Shown here: positions 1-13,352 of the stretch, in pieces
Numbering within the stretch: position 1 is the first letter of the stretch
How the letters are laid out: each line of letters begins with the position of its first letter
DNA from: Octopus bimaculoides
Taxonomy: Eukaryota
Length of the DNA: 48,427 nt
Assembly: GCF_001194135.2 (NCBI RefSeq)
Contig: NC_068996.1
Span: forward strand, 57,156,818 to 57,205,244
Direction: 5' to 3'
Translations under genes and position numbers: made by a program
Notes under the pieces: generated by a model
Seen by the model: only the letters and a program-made list of their open reading frames with translations
Databases searched by the model: none
What the model was told of the DNA's origin: nothing

Positions 1-360
1 GTGTATGTATGTATGTATATGTATGTATGTATGTATACATGTATGCATGTGTGTATGTGTGTATGTATGCATGCGTGTATGTATGCGTTGATGTATGTAT
101 GTATGCAATTATGTGTGTATGTATGCATATCTGTGTGCATGTATGTATGTACGTATGTATGTTTGTATGCATGTATGTATGTATACATGCATGTATGTGT
201 GTATGTATGTATGTATGTATGCATGCATGTATGTATGCATGTATATATGCATGCATATATGTATGCATGCATGTCTGTATGTATGCATGTTTGTATGTAT
301 GTATGTATGTGTGTGTGTATGTATGCATGTATGTATGTATGTATGTATGTATGTATGCAT
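1..360. repeat. Degenerate (TATG)n microsatellite
   Basis: Continuous TATG/TGTG/TGCA variants; source of the spurious MYVC ORFs. Confidence 0.97.
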
Positions 361-477
361 ATAGACAGAAAGGAGAACTTTATAGAAGAAAAAATGAAAA
401 GGCAGCATAGATTGTGTATACAAGTGTGATACCTTCGTCAGTTGTCGATTGGTAATTATAACAATTTCGGCGCGCGT

Positions 478-534
<57 letters not shown>

Positions 535-2036
535 GCCAAATGGTTAAGAAATTAACTTCGCAATCATGAGTGCCCATTTCCATTCTGTTTGATGGCATTT
601 TATATATCCTTGAGTTGACCCATGTCTTGTGAGAAAAACTAGGTAAAGAGAAACTGTATGGGAATCACACTGGATGGATTGTATTTGTAAAGCAAAGGTG
701 CAACTTTGTCATACATTGTCCCGTTGGTTCCGTCTGCCTAATTATCTATATCTATGGAGCAGTCAGCTACACACCTGCAGATTCAATGACCCTGGTAATA
801 CGGTTGATCAAATTACACACACACACACGGACATACACATTAGTATCCATGAATAAAAATACTTTTAATGATCCTGCATTATTTAGTTCAAAATTTAGCC
901 TTCAACTATTGATTTATATAAACCGGCAAAGAAACTTCTACGTAGTCACTTGATCTACTAGAAATCGCAGCCATTCATCTTAGAAAAGAACACATGTTTG
1001 ATTACATAACAGTTTCCCTGCACATGGAGAAAGAACAAATACTTTCTATCATTTGTACTAGAAAAACCCATTCAGCGACATGATGATCGTCTATATCAGT
1101 ACTTGCCAAGCATTTTCGGGTCACATTCCTTGCGCCCCACCCCTACTCACCATCACAAACATAGACCCTTCTTCAAATTCAAAGCAACTGTATTTCACAA
1201 ATAAAACTTAACCTAATCAAGCCGTCATTTTGTTGTTTTTACATCCATCATCCCCTTTTGGCCACCCCGTTATCACCCCACTTTTCTTCAGCGCCCCACC
1301 CTTCTCTGGATATTTCCACCGTTCCCAGTGGGACAGTACCGTCCACTTTGAAAACCACTGGTTTATGCAGTCTTACATAGAAATGACAGCCAACTTACCT
1401 CACACCAAACCATGTTGTCTTAAAAAAAGTGGACGGATACAAAAAGGCGAGTATGTTACGGCCGAAAACTCTTTGATCATCGGTCTATTCAACCAGGACT
1501 GATCTAAAACTAAACCATCCATACCATTCCCCGACCTCAACAACACCAACAAGAAGTTAAAGTTTTTTTCTTTCTTTCGTTCGTTTTTTTCTTTTAGGTT
1601 TACCTCATATTTTTTAATATTTTTTTTCTTTCGATGTTCCACGTTTCAGACTTTATGTCTGTGACTTTTAAGTATTTCTAATGTTTTGTAATTTTATATC
1701 CAGCCATTCATGTATTCATTCATTCATTCATTTATTCAAAATGAATTTCATGTTCAAATCAAAAGAATTCTCTTTTGATCAACAAGAAAGAATGAAAAAG
1801 AAATGCTATTTATTGTGAACAATCGAAAATTCCGCCTTGAAACAAACGGTTATATATAAAAAAAAAATTTTTTAAAAGAAGAAGAAAAAAAAAACGAAAA
1901 GATTTATCGATGCGGAAAATTTAAAAATAAATAGTATTTATTATCAAAGAGTTTACACACTCTCTTCTTGATAAAGGTAGCCTCTAATCAATCAGTTTGA
2001 AGTATTAAAACTATTGTAAGCTAGAGTAAGCAATTC

Positions 2037-2069
2037 ATCTCTCTTTCTCTCTCTCTCTCTCTCTCTCCC

Positions 2070-2115
<46 letters not shown>

Positions 2116-2290
2116 CTGTCTATCTATCTCTATCGCCTTCTCTCTCTCTCTCTCTCTCTCCATCTCTCTTTCTCTTTCCATCTTTCTCTTTCTTTCTATC
2201 TATCTATCTATCCATTTATCCATCCAGCCATCCATCTATTTATCCATCCATCTATTTGTCAGTCTGTCTATCTACCTAGTTCTCTGTCTA
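2037..2290. repeat. Compound (CT)n/(TA)n/(TATC)n microsatellite
   Basis: Directly visible. Confidence 0.95.
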
Positions 2291-2297
2291 TCTGACT

Positions 2298-2610
2298 GCA
2301 CGCGTGGCAGTGTGGTAAGAAGCTTGCTTTTCAACCACATGGTTCCAAGTTCAGTCCCACTGCGTGGAACCTTGGGCAAATGTCTTCTACTATAGCTTAA
2401 GGCCGACCAAAGCATTGTGAGTCGATATGGTAGACGGAAACTGAAAGAAGCCCGTGGTGTGTGTGTTTGTGTCTGTATTTGTCCCCCACTACCGCTTGAC
2501 AACCGGTTTTGGTGTGTTTATGTCCCCGTAACTTAGCAGTTCAGCAAAAGAGAGCCAATAGAATAAGCACCAGGCTTCAAAAAATAAGTCCTGGAGTCAA
2601 TTTATTCAAC
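2298..2610 (+). mobile_element. tRNA-headed SINE, family B (ACCTTGGGCAA core, internal GT microsatellite)
   Basis: A-box-like GTGGCAGTGTGGT and B-box-like GTTCCAAGTTCAGTCCC, then ACCTTGGGCAAATGTCTTC and the body CCCCGTAACTTAGCAGTTC. Other copies: head 11348-11385 with tail 12175-12395, 15400-16145 (interrupted), 33690-33830 (-), 34520-34930, 39705-39830. Confidence 0.8.
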
Positions 2611-3456
2611 ATCAGAGGCCTGTCAATGGGGATATCAGTCCACAGTTTTATATCAAGGTATGATATAATACATATATATATGTCATCATCATCATCATCA
2701 TCATCTTAATTTAATGTCTGTTTCCCATGCTAGTGTGGGAGTAGATAGACAGCCAACAACTGATGAAGGTCGTTCTTTATGTTACTTGTCCTGTTTTCCA
2801 TTTGTTTCTCTCGTTGTTTGTGTATTGAACTCATTTGTTTTCGTATTTCATGTTGTTACTGTTGGTGACGTCCTGTACCCATATATGCATATATATATAT
2901 ATATTATTTATATTNNNNNNNNNNNNNNNNNNNNNNNNNNNNNNNNNNNNNNNNNNNNNNNNNNNNNNNNNNNNNNNNNNNNNNNNNNNNNNNNNNNNNN
3001 NNNNNNNNNNNNNNNNNNNNNNNNNNNNNNNNNNNNNNNNNNNNNNNNNNNNNNNNNNNNNNNNNNNNNNNNNNNNNNNNNNNNNNNNNNNNNNNNNNNN
3101 NNNNNNNNNNNNNNNNNNNNNNNNNNNNNNNNNNNNNNNNNNNNNNNNNNNNNNNNNNNNNNNNNNNNNNNNNNNNNNNNNNNNNNNNNNNNNNNNNNNN
3201 NNNNNNNNNNNNNNNNNNNNNNNNNNNNNNNNNNNNNNNNNNNNNNNNNNNNNNNNNNNNNNNNNNNNNNNNNNNNNNNNNNNNNNNNNNNNNNNNNNNN
3301 NNNNNNNNNNNNNNNNNNNNNNNNNNNNNNNNNNNNNNNNNNNNNNNNNNNNNNNNNNNNNNNNNNNNNNNNNNNNNNNNNNNNNNNNNNNNNNNNNNNN
3401 NNNNNNNNNNNNNNNNNNNNNNNNNNNNNNNNNNNNNNNNNNNNNNNNNNNNNNNN

Positions 3457-3524
<68 letters not shown>

Positions 3525-3574
3525 TGGGTTCTCTTGTGAATGATAAATGAGAATTGAGAAAAATAAAGCGTTAA

Positions 3575-4545
3575 TCATGTTCTATGGACACGAATGTGTC
3601 ACTTGAGGCCTGCTGGTGCCTTGCAAACCATTTGGCAAATAGAACAAGTGTTGAGGACTCAGTTTGCTTGAGTGCTTGTGGATCATTTACTATGTGTTTT
3701 GTTGAGTGTACAGCTTGGCCTGCTCTGCTTCATGTCACAAAACCACAATGGCAAGTAAGGAGGTTTCCATTTAAAGGAACAGTGTCTTGCCGGCGTGCCT
3801 TCATGCTTGCACGAAGTTGATCCCGATGCTGGAGTCGACTTTACTGAAAATCTTTGAACTGATGAGAAGCAGGACAGATGCCACGTCTTGCATTCTGATG
3901 TTTTATTTTCCCAGGAAGAAAAGGGAATGTTGCATCACTTCAGATTGTCTTTGAAGCACAAGAGTGACCTTCCAACTGACCTTCCTGCTGGGAATTGGCC
4001 AATGAGAAGCTGCTATGGAATTCTGATATCACTCATATGTGAGAGATGACCTGACCATCAAAGATGTATTTTGATGAGAATGCCTTCAATAGCTGATACG
4101 TTGCATTTTGTTAGTACCTCACTGTTATGAATATGGTCACTTGGTTTTATGCTGGAGATAGTATACAAGCATCGCATATGAAAAACTTTCGGTATAAAAT
4201 TCAAGATTCAGCACCATAATGTACTGATGTCAAGACCACCGACTTATCTACATTGATTTTCACCTTCAACGATACGTCGTGGCTGTTCCAAAGCCTGTGA
4301 TAAAGATTACCGAAAGTGGAGCTAACCTTCCCAGTTCTGCAGTCAATTTCTTTATCCATCACTGGACATAATGGAACCAAAATAAACGAAGGAGGAAACA
4401 GTTTTAATGCTTTCCCATCAACATATACAGAAAGGTCAACAGTAGGAGATTGGTCACGAATGGGCAAATAGACAAGCATCAGTTTTCTTGATGTTGCTGC
4501 TAGCAAAAAAGAGCACTTGTCCGAAAAGAGCATTCAGAGGTTGGT
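3575..4545 (-). mobile_element. RTE-clade (BovB-like) LINE, degenerate 3' part of ORF
   Basis: Minus-strand translation gives MDKEIDCRTGKVSSTFGNLYHRLWNSHDVSLKVKINVDKSVVLTSVHYGAES. RT-thumb-like residues and a C-terminal CHCGF..SRAG..HSTKH zinc-finger-like motif follow. Stops and frameshifts throughout. Confidence 0.88.
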
Positions 4546-4756
4546 TTGATATGCACACGAAAAGTTATTTAGAAATTGTTTGGCGCGAAACGACGATGAT
4601 GTTTTGAGTCATTGACTGACGAGGAAAATTCAGCTGCGAATATTCCGTGTATCGTGTCTTTGTCTAATTTCCCGTCCGTTAAGTTTTCGTCAAGTTTTCC
4701 GTTTGCTCAGCTTTCGTCTAACTTCTCCTTATTGTGTTCTGTCTGTTCAACCCTTT

Positions 4757-4798
<42 letters not shown>

Positions 4799-5140
4799 TA
4801 CCTGATTATTATTTTTTTTCTAATATGTAATTCCTGTACATCAACCTCCAAACCTTCCAATATATCATATATAGTATGAGTATGTGTGAGTGCGCGCGCG
4901 TCAAATCACCCTCTGTCCATCTGTGTGATTATCTTTCTACGTAGAGGGATTGACAGACGAACAGACTGTTATAAAATCTATGACGTACATTTGATGCTGG
5001 AATAAAATACAAACCGACATTAATGCACCGAATGTGCGTGATAAGTCAGCTGTTTATTTAGCCCCGAGTTTATTTAGCTTCGGCAGCGACGATGATTGAG
5101 ATTATGTTGGCGGTAACGTTGACGGTGCTGCTGCTGATGC

Positions 5141-5141
<1 letters not shown>

Positions 5142-5199
<58 letters not shown>

Positions 5200-5209
5200 N
5201 NNNNNNNNN

Positions 5210-5277
<68 letters not shown>

Positions 5278-5570
5278 GGTGATCGTGGTGGTGGTGGTGA
5301 TGGTGACAACGACGACGACAACAACGATGTCTATTTTGAAGTGTGCCTGTTTAGGCTGGGTTACCACTGAATTTGACAATGCATTGCCGTGATACCTACC
5401 AAGCCAAGTCAGGGCATACATGAAAATAGTCATCGTCGTAGTCACCATCACCATCAGCAGCTGCATTGTCATTACCGTCATCGTCATCATCATCGTTGTC
5501 GTCATCGTCCTTGTCATCATCATCGTCGAGGTCGTCGTCGTCGTCGACGACGTCGATTGTCACATCAAGT
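5142..5570. repeat. (GAT)n/(GGT)n/(CAT/CGT)n trinucleotide low-complexity tract with a 10-N gap
   Basis: Directly visible. Confidence 0.95.
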
Positions 5571-6986
5571 ATGACTTTAATTACAGAAAATACTTCTTTC
5601 ACATCGCTACTCCATAACTGATAGTGGTCTCCCTCATGGAGTTACAGACCAAAGGTGCAGGTAAAACCATTCCTGTACCAACTATCGCAGAATCTAACGT
5701 TTTCTCCTTTTTCTTTTTCGTTACTTTGTCTTTTCTCCTCTCTATCTTTTTCACCTTTTCTCTCTGATTTCATTCACTATCCTACCTTATAAAACCGAAA
5801 TCAGGCCACTCGCTTCTGTAAGATGGTACTTAACCGCATCCTTATAATGGAATTTCGAGGCCTTCCTATAACGACTTCTCTATTTCAGCTCACTATTGAG
5901 TATGACTGTGTTTGGTAGTTCATCAGTTTCTTAATTTGTCCACGATGCATTGTTTACATTTGAAAAGAATAGAACAAACGTACTAGTTCTACTGATTAGT
6001 ATAGTTTCCATTTTGTTTACAGCTTGATTCCTCGTTATTTTCACGGTCGATTTCCGAGATTCCCAAAACCAACAGTAGCAGACTGTATATGGCGAGCCTT
6101 CTCTAAGTCCAAGCATTTAGCTTCAGAAATCCTATTGCCTAAATATACGAACGTCTTCATTACCTTTAAACACTGATTCATGATCAAGATGATTGGAGAT
6201 CAAGATATTTCGGCACCTCAGATTCAGATTGATACATGGCATCATTCTTCATTATGTAAATCGATAGAGAGATGTCTATTGCCACACATTCAAAATGATG
6301 CGTAATTTTTCTGAATGTCTTCCAGAGAAAGAGTCACAACATGAGTCGTCAGCGAAGAGAAATGCTACAATATATATGATATATATTCTAGAACTTCCAA
6401 ACGGATCTCTTTGTCAGCATAGGTTCGACAGACCGCTATTCACTCGTATGCAGACAGAAAACTCCATTTCAGTTCTTATCATCAGTAAGCAATAATCTCA
6501 GTAATAGAGTCATGGTATTGGTCTTTGTTTTGACTATTTGTTTCTACAAATAGAACTTCAGTTAAGATTCTAATTGCCTCCTCGAGTGTCACTGGCAAAT
6601 ATAATGAGTAACGTCAGGCATTAGCACTCATCCATACTTCAATTTTCCTGTCCTACGAAGACGCAAAGGGCTTAGATTCATTGACGTAATCAGGGACTTC
6701 GAACTAAAGTAAAGGGATTCTATCATGTAAGTGAATTTTTCCTGGCATCCGAATCTTATGGGTAGCTATCATTAAATGTATTTTGTTCGGTTCTGCTAAT
6801 TTCTTCTGGTATACCAGAGGCAGAAAACCATATCCATGCATTCTGAATCCACATTCAGTTTCAATAAAAATTTCTACGTTGAATTTTTTCATTCAGATGA
6901 TGATTAAGAGGATCATCCCGACTATATCAGATAGAGAAATCCCCCCATAGTCCAAGCATTCACTTCTTTCACCTTTCTTTCATATA

Positions 6987-7818
6987 CAGGACGTTTGGGT
7001 CAAATTTGACGAACTTTTTGTCTCCTATTTTCAGAAACATATTGACATATATAGGTGAACAGTCAAACTGTGTTGGATAGCATAAAGAGTAAAGTTTTGG
7101 GCTGAGAAAAAGTTATTAGATATGGAAAATTGGAAGCCATGTGAATATTAGAAAAGAGTTACCTGTATCATGATGATACGCGCCGGGTATCAAAGAGCCA
7201 ACATCACGACTACTACCCAATGCTCCGTCTACTCTGTAAAAGCTTGTAAGACGTGACATGGACAGCTACAATGGAGGCTATAAAACCGCAGACAGCAGAA
7301 AAGACGCAGCAGGCGTTCTGACTGCACATTGGAATTCATCCAACAACTGATAAGTAGGACCTTAGGCTCATTTCAGATGGTTATATGAAGCTGCTGGAGA
7401 CTGTGTTCAATCCCAGGCTGGAGAGGATTGCTGTTCGAAGGTTATGTGTGGAAACAGGATCTGATTCCTTCCGATGCCTCCGGAAAGAATCAGAAGTAGT
7501 TGTCGGAGAATTTCTACTTCATCAGTCCTAATTTATGGCTTCGTAATTACCTCGATTGTAACCCCATGAATTATTATGTGTGAGGCACAGTTGAAAAAGG
7601 CACCAACTACTCAGCTTGCAACCAATATTAAGTAGGTGTTCAAAGATCTTCTCAAGAACACAGTGAGGAATGCATGTGCCAGATTCCAGAGCCATTTTGG
7701 GGTTGTGGTGAAGCTGAGGATGGCTATTTCGCGTAAACTGATGTCTCTCAGCCATAATCTAGTTGAAATTATTTGAAATTATTTTATGCAAACTGTCAAA
7801 TTTAACCCAAACACCATG
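6987..7818 (+). mobile_element. Internally deleted Tc1/mariner element, maT (DD37D)-like
   Basis: 24-bp TIRs CAGGACGTTTGGGTCAAATTTGAC and (reverse complement) CATGGTGTTTGGGTTAAATTTGAC, with 4 mismatches. TA at 6985-6986 and CA (mutated TA) at 7819-7820. Residual transposase: KLLETV..., WKQD, SENFYFISPNLW..N..DCNPMNYYV*GTVEKGTN and VRNACARFQSH. Confidence 0.88.
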
Positions 7819-8705
7819 CATATGGGAGTCAAGAGTATTGATGACCAGAGACCTATTACTGGTATAAGCTAGTACAGTCTGTGCATGGCCGATGATTAAA
7901 CTGATAACCCTAATCCCATCTAACTTCTTAATAAGAAGGACGGAGATGCCGATGAAACAATGCCGATGAAAAGAGCAGGTAATTCCAGAAAATTAGCGGC
8001 CATCAAACGGCCATGGCTGGGGTATCATCACACTGTAGGCACTTGTCGGCCAAAATCTGCGTAGCTTGTAAAAGAGAATTAGTCGTTTTCAATCGCAAAA
8101 GTTCGCCTGATACCTTTCCTCACTTCTCGTCTCCACTACGAAATTTTTTAAAAAACCAATGTTGAACTCTTCCGAATGGTCTTTTGACCAAATGTTTGGT
8201 TGATATTGTGACCAGTTTCCGTTGTTTTGCCTTAAGTTTTGAACTCTTACAATAAAATCGAGTGAGTTTGCTTTTATTTTCCTTCTTTAGTTGACAGACT
8301 AAAATAAGCAAGAACAGCGAACACAAAACTATTAGCATGAATTAATAACTCGAAATCTGTGCTACAAAATGGTATATCATATGGACATAATTAATTAAAT
8401 GGTTTTTTTTTCCAAAATAAGTATCAAAGTTTAAAATAACAAAATTCAGTAATTCTTATTACATTAGACTAGTATAATTTTGCTTTTGCTCATTTATGGA
8501 CGTTTGTAAGCGCGTGGGTGCTTTTTTTTTTACAGTTTTTATTGTTTGTGTGAACGGGCCCCTAATGACGAATAAAGAAAATATTATTACGTGATAGTAT
8601 TTCTTGATAAATATTGCCCTCTAAAGTTATAGGGCCGTTGTGCTTAGTGAAAGACAAATTATTATTATTATTATTATTATTATTGTTATTGTTCTTGTTG
8701 TTGTT

Positions 8706-9130
8706 AAGACGGCGAGGTAATAGAATCGTTAGAACATTAAAAAAATATGCATTGACGTATTTTTTCCGGCTCTTTACATTCTCAGTTCAAATTCTACCGA
8801 AGTCAACTTTACTTTTCATCCTTTCACAATCGATAAAGCACCAGTCAAGTGCTGGGGTCGAGGCAGTCGGCTAACTCCCTTTCCTTAACATTGACGGCAT
8901 TATGTATAAATCAAAAATCATTATTGTTGTTGTTGATAATAATTCTTTGTAATTTTGGACAAAGCCAACAATTTAAGGGGAGCGGATTAGTCGTTTACAG
9001 TCACCCTAAGACTTAACTGGTACTTTATTTAATCACCTCCGAAGAGATGAACTGTAAAGTCTGCTCAGTATTGGAACTCAAAATGTAATGGCCCGGAACA
9101 AATACCACAAGGCCTTTTTTTTAACCACCG
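8706..9130. mobile_element. Tail-to-tail pair of family A tRNA-headed SINEs (8706-8915 +, 8940-9130 -)
   Basis: Head GGCGAG..GAATCGTTAG, B-box-like CAGTTCAAATTC and TTTCATCCTTT..TCGATAAA motif, followed by a reverse-complement copy. Confidence 0.75.
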
Positions 9131-9349
9131 CTCCTAATATTTGTATTCTTTATATTTTATGATATTTTTGCTAGTTTTTGCCAAGTATCCAAATCTCGTT
9201 AGCATTTCACTGAATTTCGATCGTGTGTCAGCAAGTAGGGTTTCTTTCCGCCACACAAATTAACCCTGAATAATTCCGTTTCATTTAATGGGACAAACTG
9301 GTTATTTTCAGTTTTTATTATTTCTATCTGATCAGACTTTTTACACATT

Positions 9350-9710
9350 TTTTTTCATCCATTTATACAGAATTTGGTATACGGATATTTCTAATGGCAA
9401 CTAACACTATTTTCGCTATTGTGTTCCAAATTCTTTTCATCTCAATCACAAAACCGACTATTTTACTCCTTTTTTCTTTTTTATTTGTTTTTGTTTCTTT
9501 TGCTTTGCCTGGGATCGAGACATCAATGAGAATGTCTGGTTTTTGCTTTGCTATTGTGAAGTCTTATGTCTGGTTAATTATCTGCCCTGGCTTTATCTGT
9601 GTTCATAGCCATATATCCCATGATTCTTAGTCCTCTGGTGTTTGTGGCAGTTTCCAGGATATATTTAAACCGAGACTCTGTCGCTTTCAGTTCCAGTTCT
9701 TTGCTGTTTA
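9350..9710 (-). mobile_element. Old R4/Dong-clade non-LTR retrotransposon remnant (restriction-like endonuclease domain)
   Basis: Minus-strand frames join to IMGYMAMNTDKARADN*PDI...ILIDVSIPG...KEKRSK..IEMKRIWNT.AKIV, matching the R4/Dong WD...NRPDI...LIDVSIP...EKLSKY..IEI.R.W pattern. Confidence 0.7.
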
Positions 9711-9804
9711 TATCAACATCTGTCTTTAGAATATATTTTTGATCAAGTTGAGTATCCAGTGTTTTGTTTTTGTTTTTTTTCACTTTTTACTTATCTAAAA
9801 TGAA

Positions 9805-10040
9805 ATCTACAATAGAATACTGCTTCTACATGTGGGAACTGTGCTACATTGTGCTATGTAGCAGCACCACATGAGCCGTACACACGTGGTGATGCTACAG
9901 ACAAACACTCTGGTCAGCATCCAAAAAGAAAGGTTGATTCACTAACATAATACAGTACGTTACCCACATATGTACCGGTTCCTTACTACAATGGCCTCTG
10001 TTCCTCAAAACTTTCTAGTTCCGCCACAGAACTAAATCTC
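9805..10040 (+). mobile_element. Highly decayed CR1/Jockey-type LINE 3' ORF fragment
   Basis: STIEYCFYMW and YYNGLCSSKL resemble the P.MEYCSHIW and YRYYNGLCSSEL motifs. Confidence 0.45.
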
Positions 10041-10519
10041 TTCTTTCTGATAAACAGATTCCTCAGTGCTATAAAAAAAAAAAACACACAGAAAAGCTGT
10101 GACAGATAGCTTAAAGACTATTGAGATACCTTTCAAAATTGAGATTCCTTTCTTCTCACAAGATGGTGTCGAACTTGTTTGTTACGACATCTGTTGTACA
10201 TTCTACATGGCTAACTCTTACCATGGAGTAGTTTTTCTTTGGGGGGGGGGTTATACACAGTGTTCTTGCTTCTTTTATTTTATTTTTTTTTTTTTGAAAT
10301 AAAGAATACGTTTCCAATTGTGAGCCTCTGAGAGGCATTGCATAGATTTTTAATAACGTCATTTTGTATACCAGTTAACGACGTGCATAAGACACTGAGA
10401 CTCTCTGTTTAGTTGTGGATCTTTTCAGGATTCGATGCGTGTTTATTAGTTTTTTAGCTTTTTTTTTTTTTGTGGCTTACATAACTTCACCATCTTAAAA
10501 GTCATCACTGGTATTTAAT

Positions 10520-10700
10520 ATTGATTTCAAATTTTGCTACAAGGCCAGCAATTTCAGGGAAGGAGTAAGTACTTAACTGATACTTATTTTATCGACTCCG
10601 AAAGGATAAAAGTGGCGGAATTTGAACTCAGAACATGAAGACGAACAAAATGCCACTAAGTATTTTTCCTAACGACTCTGCCAGCTTGCCGCCTTTTTAC
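10520..10700 (-). mobile_element. Family A SINE
   Basis: GATTTCAAATTTTGCTACAAGGCCAGCAATTTC tail and GGAATTTGAACTCAGAAC B box (reverse complement). Confidence 0.8.
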
Positions 10701-11385
10701 TGGTGTTTAATATTGAAAGACTTATACTCTCTGTCGAATTTAAACAGCTTTGCTATAATAAATAATTTCATTCCTTAAGAGCATCGTTCTGGAATGTTCC
10801 AGCTTCGTTATTAGAAGATGATTCTGTTAAAAGAACTCCGACAGTAAAATACTCATCTTGTCTTCTTGTAAAAGTGATTATTTTGTTGTAATATTTTCAT
10901 TTTGAACACTTTCTAAAGTTGAGGTCCTCTGGTTGCAGCTGCATCCTGATCCGAAATTCAACTTCCGCCATGTCAAATTTAGCACCCTAAAGCTTTCTTT
11001 TCCCACACTCCCACACTCTGGATAACATTCTTTGTGGAACTTCTTTGTCAGTTCAGCAATTCTTTGTGAAGTCTTTCCTGTAGGCTTCAGTCAGTCTACA
11101 AAACTGTTTCGCCTGCATTTGAGTTTTACTGTGTTTGTGTGAGACGACCACCCGCGACGTTATAAGTACAAGCACGGAACTGTGTCATCAGTTCGGCTAG
11201 CTGGTGGTGGTATTGGTGCTTGTAGTGTTGGTGGTGGTAGTGGTGCTGGGAGTAATATAGTTGTAGTAGTAGTAGTCAACACTTATATTCTTTCTGTATT
11301 TCCCCTACAGCTGCTGCAATTGCTATTGTTATTGTTGTCAGTAAGAGTGACTGTGTGGTAAGTAGCTTGCTTACGAACCACATGG

Positions 11386-11419
<34 letters not shown>

Positions 11420-12619
11420 TATACAAATAGTAAATGAGTATATGCATATATACGTACAGGTATGNNNNNNNNNNNNNNNNNNNNNNNNNNNNNNNNNNNN
11501 NNNNNNNNNNNNNNNNNNNNNNNNNNNNNNNNNNNNNNNNNNNNNNNNNNNNNNNNNNNNNNNNNNNNNNNNNNNNNNNNNNNNNNNNNNNNNNNNNNNN
11601 NNNNNNNNNNNNNNNNNNNNNNNNNNNNNNNNNNNNNNNNNNNNNNNNNNNNNNNNNNNNNNNNNNNNNNNNNNNNNNNNNNNNNNNNNNNNNNNNNNNN
11701 NNNNNNNNNNNNNNNNNNNNNNNNNNNNNNNNNNNNNNNNNNNNNNNNNNNNNNNNNNNNNNNNNNNNNNNNNNNNNNNNNNNNNNNNNNNNNNNNNNNN
11801 NNNNNNNNNNNNNNNNNNNNNNNNNNNNNNNNNNNNNNNNNNNNNNNNNNNNNNNNNNNNNNNNNNNNNNNNNNNNNNNNNNNNNNNNNNNNNNNNNNNN
11901 NNNNNNNNNNNNNNNNNNNNNNNNNNNNNNNNNNNNNNNNNNNNNNNNNNNNNNNNNNNNNNNNNNNNACAGAGGGAGGAAGTAGAAGAATAGGTGAGCA
12001 ACGAGAGGAAAAGAGAAAGAGAGGAAAAACGAGGGGGGAAAAGAGATACGTAGTAGTAACAGAGGAAGAACGAGAGGGGTAAAGCGAGATACGTAGTAGT
12101 ACAGAGGAAGAACGAGGGGGGGGGGGGAAAGAGAAAGAGATAGAGTAGCATACATGTATACATATACATATGTGTGTGTGACTGTGTGTGTGTTTGTGTG
12201 TCTGTGTTTGTCCCCCCAACATCACTTGACAACCGATGCTGGTGTATTTACGTCCCCGTAACTTAGCGGTTCGACAAAAGAGAATGATAGAATAAGTACT
12301 TGGCTTACAAATAATAAGTCCTGGGGTCGATTTGCTCGACTAAAGGCGGTGCACCAGCATGGCCACAGTCAAATGACTGAAACAAATAAAAGATTAAAAA
12401 GTATTGTAGAAACAATTGAGCACCGTACTAATATGCATTTATGTACTGGAATGAAATCAAAGTCGATTACAGGTAAGTACCAGTCATATACTTGGATTTA
12501 TTCAGTCGATTACCAGTGAGGTACAGGGGTCAATTATATCGACGGCAGAACATAATGCTGTAAGTGTGACGTCTTTGAGAGACCTTTAGGACAGGGATGG
12601 TCGGTGTATGTGGACAATA

Positions 12620-12770
12620 CCACACAATATCTTGTGAATTCACATGGCTTATTAGTTAGATTGTTGAACTCACCGTCGTATGGTCATGGGTTCAATTTCC
12701 AGATCAGTTGGTATGTTGTGTCTTTAGGCAGGTCACTTTATATCATATTGTTCCAGTCCACCGAGCGCTT
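12620..12770 (+). mobile_element. Family C tRNA-headed SINE with CORE-like domain (partial)
   Basis: CATGGCTTATTAGTTAG head, GGGTTCAATTTCC, then TGTTGTGTCTTTAGGCAGGTCACTTTA..GTTCCAGTCCAC. Homologous to 21716 and 43477. Confidence 0.65.
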
Positions 12771-13258
12771 CGCAAACTATTAACCTCAAACGCCAGCTGT
12801 CAACGCTCATGATGGCTTGAGATACTATCTTACTTTAAAACAATCCGGCGGCGGTGGCTGCAGCAGCAAATGTTGTTGTTGATGTTGTTGTTGTTATTGT
12901 TGAGCGTAAAACCAGACTTGATTCGGCCGTCTTTTGATCAAAGGTGGTACAATTGTGATTATCCAATCTTTATTCAAACGTAATATATCTTGGATTCCAT
13001 TAACCAGCCTGCTGCTTTTTAAAAAAGTAGTGGATTGTAAATAAATTTGAGAGAGATTTCGTTATTGTTTCTAGCATCAGCATACATACATCCTTAACTT
13101 CTTCCTTTTAGTTATCAAGTTGACATATCTTTCAATATAGCGATTGGCAACAAAGTCGGATTGGTCAGTGTTACAGACCATCTTCCTTACTATAGGAATT
13201 CCTTACCCCTTCACTTTTCTATTTTCATTTACTTATTTATGTATTTATTTTCTTTCAG

Positions 13259-13352
13259 ACGGAGATTTGCGCAAGTACCCTTACAGATATTATTCAGGGT
13301 GTGGTCAGTGGTGCAGATGGCTGCATATTTTCCTTTGGATATTCACGAGCAA
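13259..13352 (+). CDS. KIF26: Internal coding exon of a KIF26-like (kinesin-11) motor domain, up to the P-loop
   Basis: Polypyrimidine tract ending ttttctttcAG (13258) and donor GTAAGT at 13353. The 94 nt (phase 0 to phase 1) translate without stops as [31 protein letters not shown]+A. This aligns with vertebrate KIF26A as I recall it ([36 protein letters not shown]), with [13 protein letters not shown] identical. No neighbouring exons found in the ungapped sequence. Confidence 0.9.

Noticed and set aside
1-531. Long ORFs such as MYVCMYV.../HTHT... here and at 5070-5617, 25630-26203, 35143-35550, 44770-45767 and 46353-46617
   Set aside because: Stop-free translations of microsatellites; no splice or homology support.
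1322-1362. Possible hAT terminus (reverse complement CAGTGGTTTTCAAAGTGG)
   Set aside because: No partner TIR or TSD found.
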